This document shows, piece after piece, positions 1-9,766 of a stretch of DNA of 20,839 nt. The stretch spans positions 1-20,839 of the forward strand of contig JAISDC010000082.1 of the NCBI GenBank assembly GCA_031265105.1. Reading direction: 5' to 3'. Both the position numbers and the translations under genes were made by a program. The notes below the pieces were generated by a model. That model was not told the origin of the DNA, made no database searches, and worked only from the letters and a program-made list of their open reading frames with translations. Position 1 is the stretch's first letter; each line of letters opens with the position of its first letter. The DNA comes from Verrucomicrobiales bacterium. GTDB lineage: Bacteria > Verrucomicrobiota > Verrucomicrobiia > Methylacidiphilales > JAAUTS01.

Positions 1-2811
1 GCCGGGCCATTGCCACGGCCCTGGAGTCCGTGACCTCGACCGACGCCACCGCCTGGTTCCGTTCCTGCGGATATACGCCGTGGCCTGTTGAATCCATCTA
101 GTTTTGATGTGCTCTAGGGTGGTGTGGGCTTTCACCAACAGCGGGGGCATGGTCAGCGGGTCGTAGAGGTTGGCTAGGGTGGCGGTGGGGTAGTTGGCGC
201 GGATGTTCAGCACGGCGCGGGCGGCTTGCTCGACTTTGGCGCGTTGCGCCGCTGATGGTGTTGGCCACGGGAAATTGTTGTACACAAGTTTATTGGAGTA
301 GCGGTAGCGAGATTCTAAACGCCCGCAGACTTGTTTGGTCCATGCCATGTGCATCGCTGACGATAACACGCCAAAATGATAAAGCGTAGCTTCAGGGATG
401 GCGGCACAACTATTATGCACGATGGTTTTTGTCGTAAAATAACCGAACGGAATATAAGTACGTGTTTCCGAAGTGTGAAGTGGAACCAAAATATAAGTTT
501 TTTTCGGTTGCCGAATTTCCGCGAACAGCGACGGTGTTTTTGCTACCTCGCGGGTGGGAGCTTTTTTGCTCGCCAAACGAAAATCTTTGCACGCTTGGAC
601 ACGCTTTTTCACGCCGGGATTTTCCGCAATTATTTTTGGCGGTGCATCCACCAGCCACAGACAATAGCGCCGCTGACCATGAAGAAATTCTTCGGCGGAA
701 ACCATCGGGCGCACATACGGTGCCGCTGACGGATTGTCTTTGATAAATTGCGCGCGTTCGTTTTCCTCAATAATCAAATGCCCACCGTCAGCGGGTTTGT
801 TGCCGTAGATGATGGACGGCACATCGCACAATGGTTTGGAGCGCGACGTAATCACACTGTCAGCGCCTTCAATTAAATACGGGTTGATGTTTTTGACCGC
901 GCTGATGGTGGAATGTTCATCGTCAGCGACGTAGTCGTAGATTTTTTTGTGGTCACGGTCAGCGATGCCGAAACCGATGATGACGCAATGCACGTGCGCT
1001 TTGCCGGGCGCTTCGCTCGCCCATTTGAAGGTGTGGTGGGCGAAGTGAATTTTAACGCCACGCTGGAACAAACGCGACCAGAGCGCGCCGGGTTGTTCGC
1101 CTTGCGTGATGCTGTTGGTGGAGACGAAGGCTGCGCTGATGGTGAAATTTTTTTGCATATACTCCACTGCTTTCACATACCATGCGGTGACGTAATCCAA
1201 AATACCCGTGCCGTTGACGGTGCCGAAGACGCGCTCCATGTCTTGCGATTGCTCGACGGTCATCAAATGTTTGCCGACAAACGGCGGATTGCCCAGCACG
1301 TAGCTGCACGCTGACGGTGGCAGGATTTTTTCCCAGTCCACCGTCAGCGCGTTGGCGAGGTGGATGTGCGGGGCGGCTTTGAGTGGCAGGCGTTTGAATT
1401 GTTGTCCCATTTTTTCCGCCAGTTCGCTGTTACTTTGGTGGTCTTGCAGCCACAGGCCGACTTTGGCGATGCGGGCGGGCCATTCGCTGATTTCAATGCC
1501 ATAGAATTGGTCAACGTCCACGCACGCGAGGTTGCGGATGTCGAGTTCGGTTTGGACTTGACCGGCAGCGTCCCGATGCAGCGCGACGATGACGGCGTTT
1601 TCCATGACGCGCAGTTCGCGGTAGGCGAGGATGAGGAAGTTGCCGCAGCCGCAGGCGGGGTCGAGGAGTTTGATGTGACGCAGTTTTTTTGGGAACTCTT
1701 TCAAGCGCGTTACGCGGCGCGAGGAGCGGTCGCTGACGATGAGGCGCAGTTCGTCGCGGAGTTCGTTGAGGAACAGGTCGTTGAGCAACTTCATGATGTC
1801 GCGCTCGCCGGTGTAGTGCGCGCCGAGTTGCCGCCGCGCCTGGTCGTCCATGACGCCTTGGAAGAGCGAGCCGAAGATGGCGGGGGAGATTTTCGCCCAC
1901 TGGTAATCGCAGCAGCGGAGGAGCGCGTCGCGTTGCGCGGTGTCGAAGTGGCACACGGGCAGACGGTCGGCGAAGAGTCCGCCGTTGACGTGCGGGAACA
2001 GGTCGAATGTTGCGTGGCGCTGACGGCGCGCCGGCTCGGTGTCGAGTGTCCACCATAGTTCCGCGAGGGTGCCGCCGAGGTGGCGCGGCTCGGTGTGGCG
2101 GATGAGTTCGGTGAAACTTTGCGGCTCGAAGATGAACGAGTCTTCCGCGAACAGGCAAAAGAGCAGGCGCACGAGGTAACGCTCCAGTTCGCGGCGCGGG
2201 TAGTTGGTCGCTGACAGTGAGTCGTGCAAGTCGGCGAGGAGTTGCGCGGCTTTGATGTTCGCCGCGCGCTCGGTGTGGACGCGGACGCGCTGTTCGCCGA
2301 CGAGGAAGGCGAAGTCGCGGACGTGTTGCGGCAGGTCGCTGAGGGTGAACTCGGTGAGGTGATATTGGTGGTCGTCGAAGAGGGGGAGACCGAGGCGGTG
2401 GTCTTGCGGGTCGAGGTCAATGATGCGGAAGCGGGCGAAGTCGCACAGGACGATGAAGCGCGGGAGGTCGTTATGGCGACCGTCAGCGGCGAGGTCATGG
2501 ACGTAGCCGATGGCTTGCTGCTGCGCGGTGTCAATGTCGGCGCCGCGTGATTTGTGTTCGACGAGCATGACGCCTTTCCAGAAAAAATCAATGAACCCGC
2601 GCCCGCCGCTGACGGTGGCGACGGGGACTTCAAACGCGCCGAGGACGCGGCTGGGCAGACCGAAGGCGGCGAGGAGTTCGTGCCAGAAGAGTTGTTTGTC
2701 GGCGTTTTCGCGGGAGGCAGTTTTCCATGTGTCGGCGAAGCGCGCGGCGTTGGCGCGGATTTCCGCCCAAGTGAGCCGCGCTGACGGTGTGGGGTGCCGC
2801 TGTGGTTCCAT
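1..2811 (-). CDS. MmeI-family Type IIL/IIG restriction-modification enzyme (endonuclease plus N6-adenine methyltransferase fusion). Partial: the C-terminus lies beyond the window start.
   Basis: I translated the reverse complement myself. Frame-0 reading starts at ATG 2811..2809 (MEPQRHPTPSARLTWAEIRANAARFADTWK...). The upstream in-frame stop is the GNAT TAG at 2889..2887. N-terminal nuclease motif D-x9-E-x-K sits in GRGFIDFFWKGVMLVEHKSRG, as in MmeI (GFVDLFWPGILLIEMKSRG). Further blocks that match the MmeI sequence as I recall it: YLVRLLFCLFAEDSFIFE, RISPAIFGSLFQGVMDDQARRQLGAHYTGE, LDPACGCGNFLILAYRELR (SAM motif I), VLGNPPFVGK (NPPF motif IV), AFVSTNSITQGEQ, AHVHCVIIGFG, GRLESRYRYSNKLVYNNFPWP, LYDPLTMPP. 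There is no in-frame stop down to position 1, so the gene is at least 936 codons. It is not in the ORF track because it has no in-window stop. The last ~35 in-window codons are R/W-rich and atypical. Confidence 0.85.
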   Translation of the reverse strand, partial: MEPQRHPTPSARLTWAEIRANAARFADTWKTASRENADKQLFWHELLAAFGLPSRVLGAFEVPVATVSGGRGFIDFFWKGVMLVEHKSRGADIDTAQQQAIGYVHDLAADGRHNDLPRFIVLCDFARFRIIDLDPQDHRLGLPLFDDHQYHLTEFTLSDLPQHVRDFAFLVGEQRVRVHTERAANIKAAQLLADLHDSLSATNYPRRELERYLVRLLFCLFAEDSFIFEPQSFTELIRHTEPRHLGGTLAELWWTLDTEPARRQRHATFDLFPHVNGGLFADRLPVCHFDTAQRDALLRCCDYQWAKISPAIFGSLFQGVMDDQARRQLGAHYTGERDIMKLLNDLFLNELRDELRLIVSDRSSRRVTRLKEFPKKLRHIKLLDPACGCGNFLILAYRELRVMENAVIVALHRDAAGQVQTELDIRNLACVDVDQFYGIEISEWPARIAKVGLWLQDHQSNSELAEKMGQQFKRLPLKAAPHIHLANALTVDWEKILPPSACSYVLGNPPFVGKHLMTVEQSQDMERVFGTVNGTGILDYVTAWYVKAVEYMQKNFTISAAFVSTNSITQGEQPGALWSRLFQRGVKIHFAHHTFKWASEAPGKAHVHCVIIGFGIADRDHKKIYDYVADDEHSTISAVKNINPYLIEGADSVITSRSKPLCDVPSIIYGNKPADGGHLIIEENERAQFIKDNPSAAPYVRPMVSAEEFLHGQRRYCLWLVDAPPKIIAENPGVKKRVQACKDFRLASKKAPTREVAKTPSLFAEIRQPKKTYILVPLHTSETRTYIPFGYFTTKTIVHNSCAAIPEATLYHFGVLSSAMHMAWTKQVCGRLESRYRYSNKLVYNNFPWPTPSAAQRAKVEQAARAVLNIRANYPTATLANLYDPLTMPPLLVKAHTTLEHIKTRWIQQATAYIRRNGTRRWRRSRSRTPGPWQWPG

Positions 2812-2886
2812 CGAAAATATGCTGCGGATACGACCGTGAAAAGTCAACGGGGCTGATGGTGATGGCACCGCCGGTTTTGCGTGGCG

Positions 2887-3285
2887 CTAACGGTGGGCGT
2901 TATCAATGACCCCGCCGCGGAGAATGTGGAAGCCGTGGTCGCGGTAGAAGGATTCTTTTTCCGGGACAAAGGTGGTCCAGATACATTGGATGCCGTCCGT
3001 GGTCAGCGCGGTGACCGCGGTGGAGATTAGTTTTGCGCCGAGACCTTGTTTTTGATACTGCGGGTGGACGATGATGTTGACTAACAAAGCGTCGCCAACG
3101 CCGTCACTGATGACGTTTAAGAAAGCCGCCAGCCGCTGACGGTCACGCGCCGTGAAATAGCAGTACGAACCGCGCAACACCCGGGCTTGGGTGTGTTCGC
3201 AAGGTTCCCAGCCGACCGCCGCGCGCAATGCGGCGATTTCTCCGGGGGTGACGGGCTGGTTGCGTTCGATGGGTGGCAGTGTCAT
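2887..3285 (-). CDS. GNAT-family N-acetyltransferase, 132 aa
   Basis: ATG at 3285. Acetyl-CoA binding block Q/R-x-x-G-x-G/A is present (HPQYQKQGLGAKLISTAV). Size and beta-alpha layout are typical of small GNATs. The stop is 75 bp upstream of the RM gene start on the same strand. Confidence 0.75.
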   Translation of the reverse strand: MTLPPIERNQPVTPGEIAALRAAVGWEPCEHTQARVLRGSYCYFTARDRQRLAAFLNVISDGVGDALLVNIIVHPQYQKQGLGAKLISTAVTALTTDGIQCIWTTFVPEKESFYRDHGFHILRGGVIDNAHR

Positions 3286-3337
3286 GATATGCTATTAAAC
3301 CATATTCCTGCGCTAGCCCATCGTTTTTTCTCATCTC

Positions 3338-3366
3338 TTGAACCATCGATTGATTTCGTTTACCAT
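3338..3366 (+). promoter_or_regulatory. candidate sigma70-like promoter for the MIF-like gene (TTGAAC - 17 bp - TACCAT). The -10 hexamer ends 5 nt before the ATG, implying a leaderless or near-leaderless mRNA.
   Basis: TTGAAC at 3338-3343, a 17-nt spacer, TACCAT at 3361-3366, ATG at 3372. There is no Shine-Dalgarno sequence upstream of the ATG. The region is AT-rich and divergent, shared with the GNAT/RM operon. Confidence 0.3.
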
Positions 3367-3371
3367 GCGGC

Positions 3372-3716
3372 ATGCCTGTTCTCAAAATCCAAACCAATCT
3401 TGTCCTCAGCAGCCAGGAACAGCAAGACGTGCTAAAAGCCGTCTCGCGATTGGCGGCCAAGGAGCTTGGCAAGCCGGAGCGTTATGTCATGGTCAGCGTC
3501 GAGACCGCCGCCGCCATGCTGTTCGGCGGCACCGACGATCCCTGCGCATTCGTTGAATTATGCAGTCTCGGACTGCCCGCTGACCAGGCGGCGCGCTTGT
3601 CGGCGATGATTTGCGGTTTATTAAAAGAGTCGCTGAACCTCGACCCGCGGCGGGTGTATATCAGGATGTCCGATCACCCGGCCAACCTGTGGGGGTGGAA
3701 CGGGGAGACGTTTTGA
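3372..3716 (+). CDS. macrophage migration inhibitory factor (MIF)-like protein of the tautomerase superfamily, 114 aa, Pro-1 type
   Basis: MPVLKIQTN...YVMVSV...GGTDDPCAFVELCSLGL...RVYIRMSDHPANLWGWNGETF aligns end to end with mammalian MIF (MPMFIVNTNVPRA...[32 protein letters not shown]...[22 protein letters not shown]). Length is identical (114 aa). The catalytic Pro immediately follows the Met. Confidence 0.8.
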   Translation: MPVLKIQTNLVLSSQEQQDVLKAVSRLAAKELGKPERYVMVSVETAAAMLFGGTDDPCAFVELCSLGLPADQAARLSAMICGLLKESLNLDPRRVYIRMSDHPANLWGWNGETF

Positions 3717-3812
3717 TTGAAGATTGATGATGGCCAATTGACTATTTGCCGATTGCGCGCGGCGCGCCAACTAACAAATTATCAATATTCAATGATCAAT
3801 GGAAAATTCCCC

Positions 3813-5621
3813 ATGTCGCTCCTGCAACTCAACAACATCACGCTGCAATACGGCGCGGCGCCCTTGCTCGCTGGCGTCGATTTCCAGCTCGACGAGGGCG
3901 AGCGCGTGTGCTTGCTGGGCCGCAACGGCACGGGCAAGACCAGCCTGCTGCGGGTCATCGCCGGCGAGGAAACGCCCAACGGCGGCGAGGTCATCGTCAG
4001 CGGCGGTAAAATCATCACGCGGCTGCCGCAGGAAATTCCTGACAACTTAACCGGCGACACCGTCAGCGTCATTCGCGACGGACTGCCCGCTGACCGTCAC
4101 GAGGAGGAATGGGAAACGGCACGGCGCATCGAGACGCTGCTGGCGGCGATGAAGCTGCCCGCTGACGCTGACTTCACGGCGCTGTCCGGCGGCCTGCGGC
4201 GTCGCGTGCTGCTGGCGCGGGCACTGGCGGGGCGGCCCGACGCGCTGCTGCTCGACGAGCCGACCAACCATCTCGACATCGACTCGATTCTGTGGCTGGA
4301 GAATTTTTTGCTGGCGCAAAAAACCGCGTTGCTGTTCACCACGCACGACCGCGCGTTCCTGCAGCGGCTGGCCACGCGCATCGTCGAACTGGATCGCGGC
4401 AAACTCTCCTCGTGGGACTGCGATTACGCAACCTACCTTGTCCGCAAGGAAGCGTGGCTCGAAGCCGAGGAAAAAAACTGGGCGACATTCGATAAAAAAC
4501 TGACGCAAGAAGAAGCCTGGCTGCGGCAAGGGGTCAAAGCCCGCCGCACCCGCAACGAGGGCCGGGTCCGCGCGCTGGAGCAAATGCGCCGCGAGCGCAG
4601 CCAGCGGCGCGAACGGCTCGGCAACGCCAGGCTCAGCCTCAGCGAGGCCGAGGTGTCGGGCCGCAAAGTCATCACCGCCGAAAACCTCGGCTTCACCTAC
4701 GGCGACCGCCCCATCGTCAGCGGCTTCAGCACGGAAATCTGGCGCGGCGACAAAATCGGCATCATCGGCCCGAACGGCGCGGGCAAGACCACGCTACTGA
4801 AATTATTGCTGGGGCAACTATCACCGTCAGCGGGCCGCGCGCGGCACGGGACGAATTTGCAAGTTGCCTATCTCGACCAACTCCGCGCCATCAATAACGA
4901 GAAAACCGTGGCGGAGAATGTCGCCGGCGCCGCGGCAAGCATCACATTCCAGGGCCGGTCGCGACATATTCATAGTTACTTGTCAGACTTCCTGTTCGCG
5001 CCCGACCGCGCGCGCTCTCCCGCCAAGGTTTTGTCCGGCGGCGAGCGCAACCGGCTGCTGCTGGCAAAATTGTTTTTGCAACCCGCCAACGTGCTGGCGC
5101 TTGACGAACCGACCAACGACCTCGACGCCGAGACGCTGGAGTTGCTGGAAAATTTATTGGTGGAATACGACGGCACGCTGCTGCTGGTGTCGCACGACCG
5201 CGCCTTCCTGGACGAAGTTTGCGCCAGCACGCTGGTGTTCGGCGCTGACGGTGAGGTGACGGAATACCATGGCGGCTATAGCGATTGGTTGAAGCACGCT
5301 GCCAATGAACGAAAAATATCATCCGCTGACACTGACACAAAAAAATCCCCCGCTGACGTGGCGGTGAAAAAATCCTGCCGCCCGCGCAAATTCCTTAATC
5401 GCGAACAATGGGAGCTTGACGCCCTGCCTGGCAAAATCGAGCGACTCGAAGCCGAGCAAGAGCAAGTTTCGCAACAACTCTGGGATCCCGAACTATACCA
5501 AAAATCGCCTGAGAAAATCCCCGAACTCAAGTCACGTTCAGCGGCGCTGGAACAGGAAAGCAAAGCCGCCTACGCCCGCTGGGAGGAACTGGAGCAGCTC
5601 CGCCGGGAGTGCGGTGGCTGA
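3813..5621 (+). CDS. uup: ABC-F family ATP-binding protein Uup (tandem ABC domains plus C-terminal coiled-coil/DNA-binding tail)
   Basis: MSLLQLNNITLQYGAAPLL...GRNGTGKTSLLRV (Walker A 1), LSGGLRRRVLLARAL (signature 1), LLLDEPTNHLD (Walker B 1), GPNGAGKTTLLK (Walker A 2), LSGGERNRLLLAKL (signature 2), LALDEPTNDLD (Walker B 2), and the QEEAWLRQGVKARRTRNEGRVRALEQMRRER linker. It is collinear with E. coli Uup (MSLISMHGAWL...). The ORF-track start at 3717 is a TTG immediately after the MIF stop, so I prefer the in-frame ATG at 3813. Confidence 0.9.
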   Translation: MSLLQLNNITLQYGAAPLLAGVDFQLDEGERVCLLGRNGTGKTSLLRVIAGEETPNGGEVIVSGGKIITRLPQEIPDNLTGDTVSVIRDGLPADRHEEEWETARRIETLLAAMKLPADADFTALSGGLRRRVLLARALAGRPDALLLDEPTNHLDIDSILWLENFLLAQKTALLFTTHDRAFLQRLATRIVELDRGKLSSWDCDYATYLVRKEAWLEAEEKNWATFDKKLTQEEAWLRQGVKARRTRNEGRVRALEQMRRERSQRRERLGNARLSLSEAEVSGRKVITAENLGFTYGDRPIVSGFSTEIWRGDKIGIIGPNGAGKTTLLKLLLGQLSPSAGRARHGTNLQVAYLDQLRAINNEKTVAENVAGAAASITFQGRSRHIHSYLSDFLFAPDRARSPAKVLSGGERNRLLLAKLFLQPANVLALDEPTNDLDAETLELLENLLVEYDGTLLLVSHDRAFLDEVCASTLVFGADGEVTEYHGGYSDWLKHAANERKISSADTDTKKSPADVAVKKSCRPRKFLNREQWELDALPGKIERLEAEQEQVSQQLWDPELYQKSPEKIPELKSRSAALEQESKAAYARWEELEQLRRECGG

Positions 5622-5644
5622 CAAAGCGGTTGGGCACAGAGAGA

Positions 5645-5725
5645 CACAGAGCAGGCACAGAGTTCCACAGAAATTTTCTCTGTGGCTCCCGGTGCCTGCT
5701 CTGTGTGTGCTGCGGGCTGTTTTTA
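5645..5725 (+). terminator. long imperfect hairpin plus T-run downstream of uup. It is built from CACAGAG word repeats.
   Basis: CACAGAGCAGGCAC (5645-5658) pairs with GTGCCTGCTCTGTG (5692-5705). There is an inner stem CCACAGA (5665-5671) / TCTGTGG (5678-5684), then GCTGTTTTTAG at 5716-5726. Confidence 0.5.
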
Positions 5726-5965
5726 GAATTGATGGCGGCAGCCCGCTGTTAGTCTCCAGGATTTGTCGTACTTGTCGCCGAAAGAGGCTTCGTAGTCGAG
5801 GTGGAGTTGATTGTCAGCGTCAGCGCCGGGGGCTCGGTAATCTATATCGCTGCGGCCGTAACCGGCGTAAATTCCCAGATAGAGGTCACTGTCAGTGGAC
5901 AAGGTAAACTTAGTTATTTGTTCTTGGTTAAAATAGTGGTTTGAGGCTTGGTTGCTTCCCGCGCG
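5726..5965 (-). pseudogene. start-less remnant of an autotransporter beta-barrel domain, paralogous to the 3' end of the autotransporter at 18264..20839
   Basis: Minus-strand frame reads ...QEQITKFTLSTDSDLYLGIYAGYGRSDIDYRAPGADADNQLHLDYEASFGDKYDKSWRL... The autotransporter reads KFTLSADSDLYLGVFAGYGRSDLDYRTPGTDGELNSYYGG. About 80/99 nt are identical between 5813..5911 (reverse complement) and 20388..20486. The remnant has no Met start and is bounded by in-frame stops (TGA at 5968..5966, TAA at 5725..5723). Confidence 0.45.
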
Positions 5966-6078
5966 TCACCCTGAGCGGAGGCGAAGGGGCGGGTTGGCTC
6001 AGCAATGGAGCGGGCCGGTCCTGCGACGCGCTACGCTTGCCCAAGATGGGCGGGGACGCCAGCATGATGAAAATATAC

Positions 6079-6109
6079 TTGCTAGTCGAGGTCACTGTCA
6101 GCGTAGCAT
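6079..6109 (+). promoter_or_regulatory. candidate copA promoter with a 19-bp spacer (TTGCTA - 19 - TAGCAT). This geometry is typical of MerR/CueR-type metal-responsive promoters.
   Basis: TTGCTA at 6079-6084, a 19-nt spacer, TAGCAT at 6104-6109. Partial dyad GTCACTGTCAG in the spacer. No cueR gene is visible in the window. Confidence 0.2.
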
Positions 6110-6182
6110 CGGAATCATGACTGCCGGCGGCCAGGAACATTTTGCCGTTTGCGGGGCGCGGGGGCGGTGGCATACTCGCGGC

Positions 6183-8366
<2,184 letters not shown>

Positions 8367-8373
8367 CCATCGT

Positions 8374-8454
8374 TTTTTTTCACCACGAAGACACCAAGAC
8401 ACCAAGCATGTTTTAAATAAAACTTCGTGTCTTGGTGTCTTTGTGGTGAAAAGA
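8374..8454. terminator. ~30-bp-arm inverted repeat (family A element pair). It forms a bidirectional intrinsic terminator between the convergent copA and rmuC genes.
   Basis: Left arm TTTTTTTCACCACGAAGACACCAAGACACCAAG (8374-8406), loop CATGTTTTAAATAAAA, right arm CTTCGTGTCTTGGTGTCTTTGTGGTGAAAAG (8424-8454). A T-run lies on one side and an A-run on the other. Confidence 0.6.
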
Positions 8455-8487
8455 CCGCCGCCGCTCCCCTCGCGCGCGCCTTGGCGG

Positions 8488-9627
8488 CTAATCGGCCTGT
8501 TCCGCCAAGCCGGGCTGGCTTTCGCCGTCGCGGAGTTTGGTGATGGTTTTGTCGAAGCGGTCGAGGTCGCGGCCGGCTTTTTCGTAATCGTCCTGCGCCT
8601 GGCGGATGCGCTGGCCGCTGTTGACGAAGTCCTTGCGGAAGTTCTGGAAATGTTTGTCCATGTCCTGGATGGCGCGCAACAGCACGTTGGCGTTTTCCTG
8701 CATTTCGTAACCGCGGAACGCCAGCGCCACGGCGTATAACGTGGCGGCCAGCGTGTTCGGCGAGACGACGCTGACTTTGACTTTGCGGCAGTGCTCGGTC
8801 AGCTCGGGCAGCTTGAGGATTTCGTAATACAGACTTTCGCTCGGCACGAACAGGAAGGCCTGGTCGGTGGTGCCGAGTTCGGGCCGGACATACTTCTTCG
8901 CAATGTCAGCGGCCATCAGCTTGATGACCGCGGCGAGTTCCTTGCGCGCGGTTTCCCGCCCGGCCTCGTCATTGGCCGCGTCGAGCAGCGCGGCGATGCG
9001 GTCCTTGGGGAATTTGGCGTCCACGCACAGGCGCAGTTGCTTGATGCGGATGGTGGCGTCCGGCTGGCAGCCTTCCGCCAGGCGCGGCTGCAATTCGTAG
9101 GCGCCCTGCGGCAGAATGTCCGCCAGCAGCAGTTCCAACTCGGCCTCGCCGAAATTACCCTGGAGCTTCGGCGCGCCGAGAATCTGGTTGAGTTCGCCGA
9201 CCTGCTGGCTGACCCGCAACATCTGGTCGGCGCTGGCCTTCAAGTCGCCGAGGCTCCTGGTCATGTCCTTGAACGCGGAGAAATTCTGTTCCAGGTTTTC
9301 CTGCAACCGCCGCTCGACATTGGCGCGGATTTCCTGCAAGCGCTGCGCGGTCTGGTGTTGCAGTGACTCGAACCGCTGTTCCATCACCAGCGACTGGTTG
9401 GTCAGCGCGTCCTGGATGCTCTTGCGCAACAGCTCGCTGTTGGCGGAATTGAAATCGCGGAAATCACTCTTCTGATCGCCGAGGCTTTTTTGCAACAACT
9501 CGCGCAACCCGGCCAGTTGTTGTCCCTGGCTGCTGTGCAAGTCGGGCGCCAGCCGCGACAGCAGCCACAGGCCGACGGCCAGCACCAGCAGCACCAGCAC
9601 CAATAACATGACGGTCACCATTCCCAT
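8488..9627 (-). CDS. rmuC: DNA recombination protein RmuC
   Basis: N-terminal TM helix (MGMVTVMLLVLVLLVLAVGLWLL), a long coiled-coil region, and a C-terminal RmuC-type block (PDATIRIKQLRLCVDAKFP...LFVPSESLYYEIL...VSPNTLAATL). Confidence 0.8.
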   Translation of the reverse strand: MGMVTVMLLVLVLLVLAVGLWLLSRLAPDLHSSQGQQLAGLRELLQKSLGDQKSDFRDFNSANSELLRKSIQDALTNQSLVMEQRFESLQHQTAQRLQEIRANVERRLQENLEQNFSAFKDMTRSLGDLKASADQMLRVSQQVGELNQILGAPKLQGNFGEAELELLLADILPQGAYELQPRLAEGCQPDATIRIKQLRLCVDAKFPKDRIAALLDAANDEAGRETARKELAAVIKLMAADIAKKYVRPELGTTDQAFLFVPSESLYYEILKLPELTEHCRKVKVSVVSPNTLAATLYAVALAFRGYEMQENANVLLRAIQDMDKHFQNFRKDFVNSGQRIRQAQDDYEKAGRDLDRFDKTITKLRDGESQPGLAEQAD

Positions 9628-9766
9628 GCGCCGAGCTTACCCGCCGGCGCTCGCGCGGCAAGCCTGCCGTCATCCTTACAAAGAGATCATGGAGTTATTG
9701 GAGGAAGGGTTGCGGCAAGCAAAGGTACTGCTCCAATTCCTCCGTGCGCTCTTTGTAAAAAAGTAG

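Noticed and set aside
2-101. Plus-strand frame RAIATALESVTSTDATAWFRSCGYTPWPVESI* ending at 99-101. It looks like a protein C-terminus from an upstream gene.
   Set aside because: The minus-strand RM frame reads through this region without a stop, and homology supports that frame down to at least position ~135. I kept it only as a caveat that the RM tail may be frameshifted or terminated near here.
1511-2633. Long minus-strand ORFs 1791..2633 (280 aa, S/T/A-rich) and 1511..2158 (215 aa, R/P-rich)
   Set aside because: They are the two wrong frames of the MmeI-like gene. Their low-complexity composition is typical of off-frame GC-rich DNA. The real frame (codons anchored on 2811) gives a clean MmeI alignment.
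913-2784. Plus-strand ORFs 913..1314, 1360..2058, 2224..2550, 2554..2784 (D/E/V/A/F-rich)
   Set aside because: Antisense of the RM gene. Their composition is mirror-strand-like and they show no recognisable motifs.
2887-3285. GNAT as a toxin of a GNAT/RHH-type toxin-antitoxin pair
   Set aside because: There is no small antitoxin ORF adjacent. The gene is in an operon-like arrangement with the RM gene instead.
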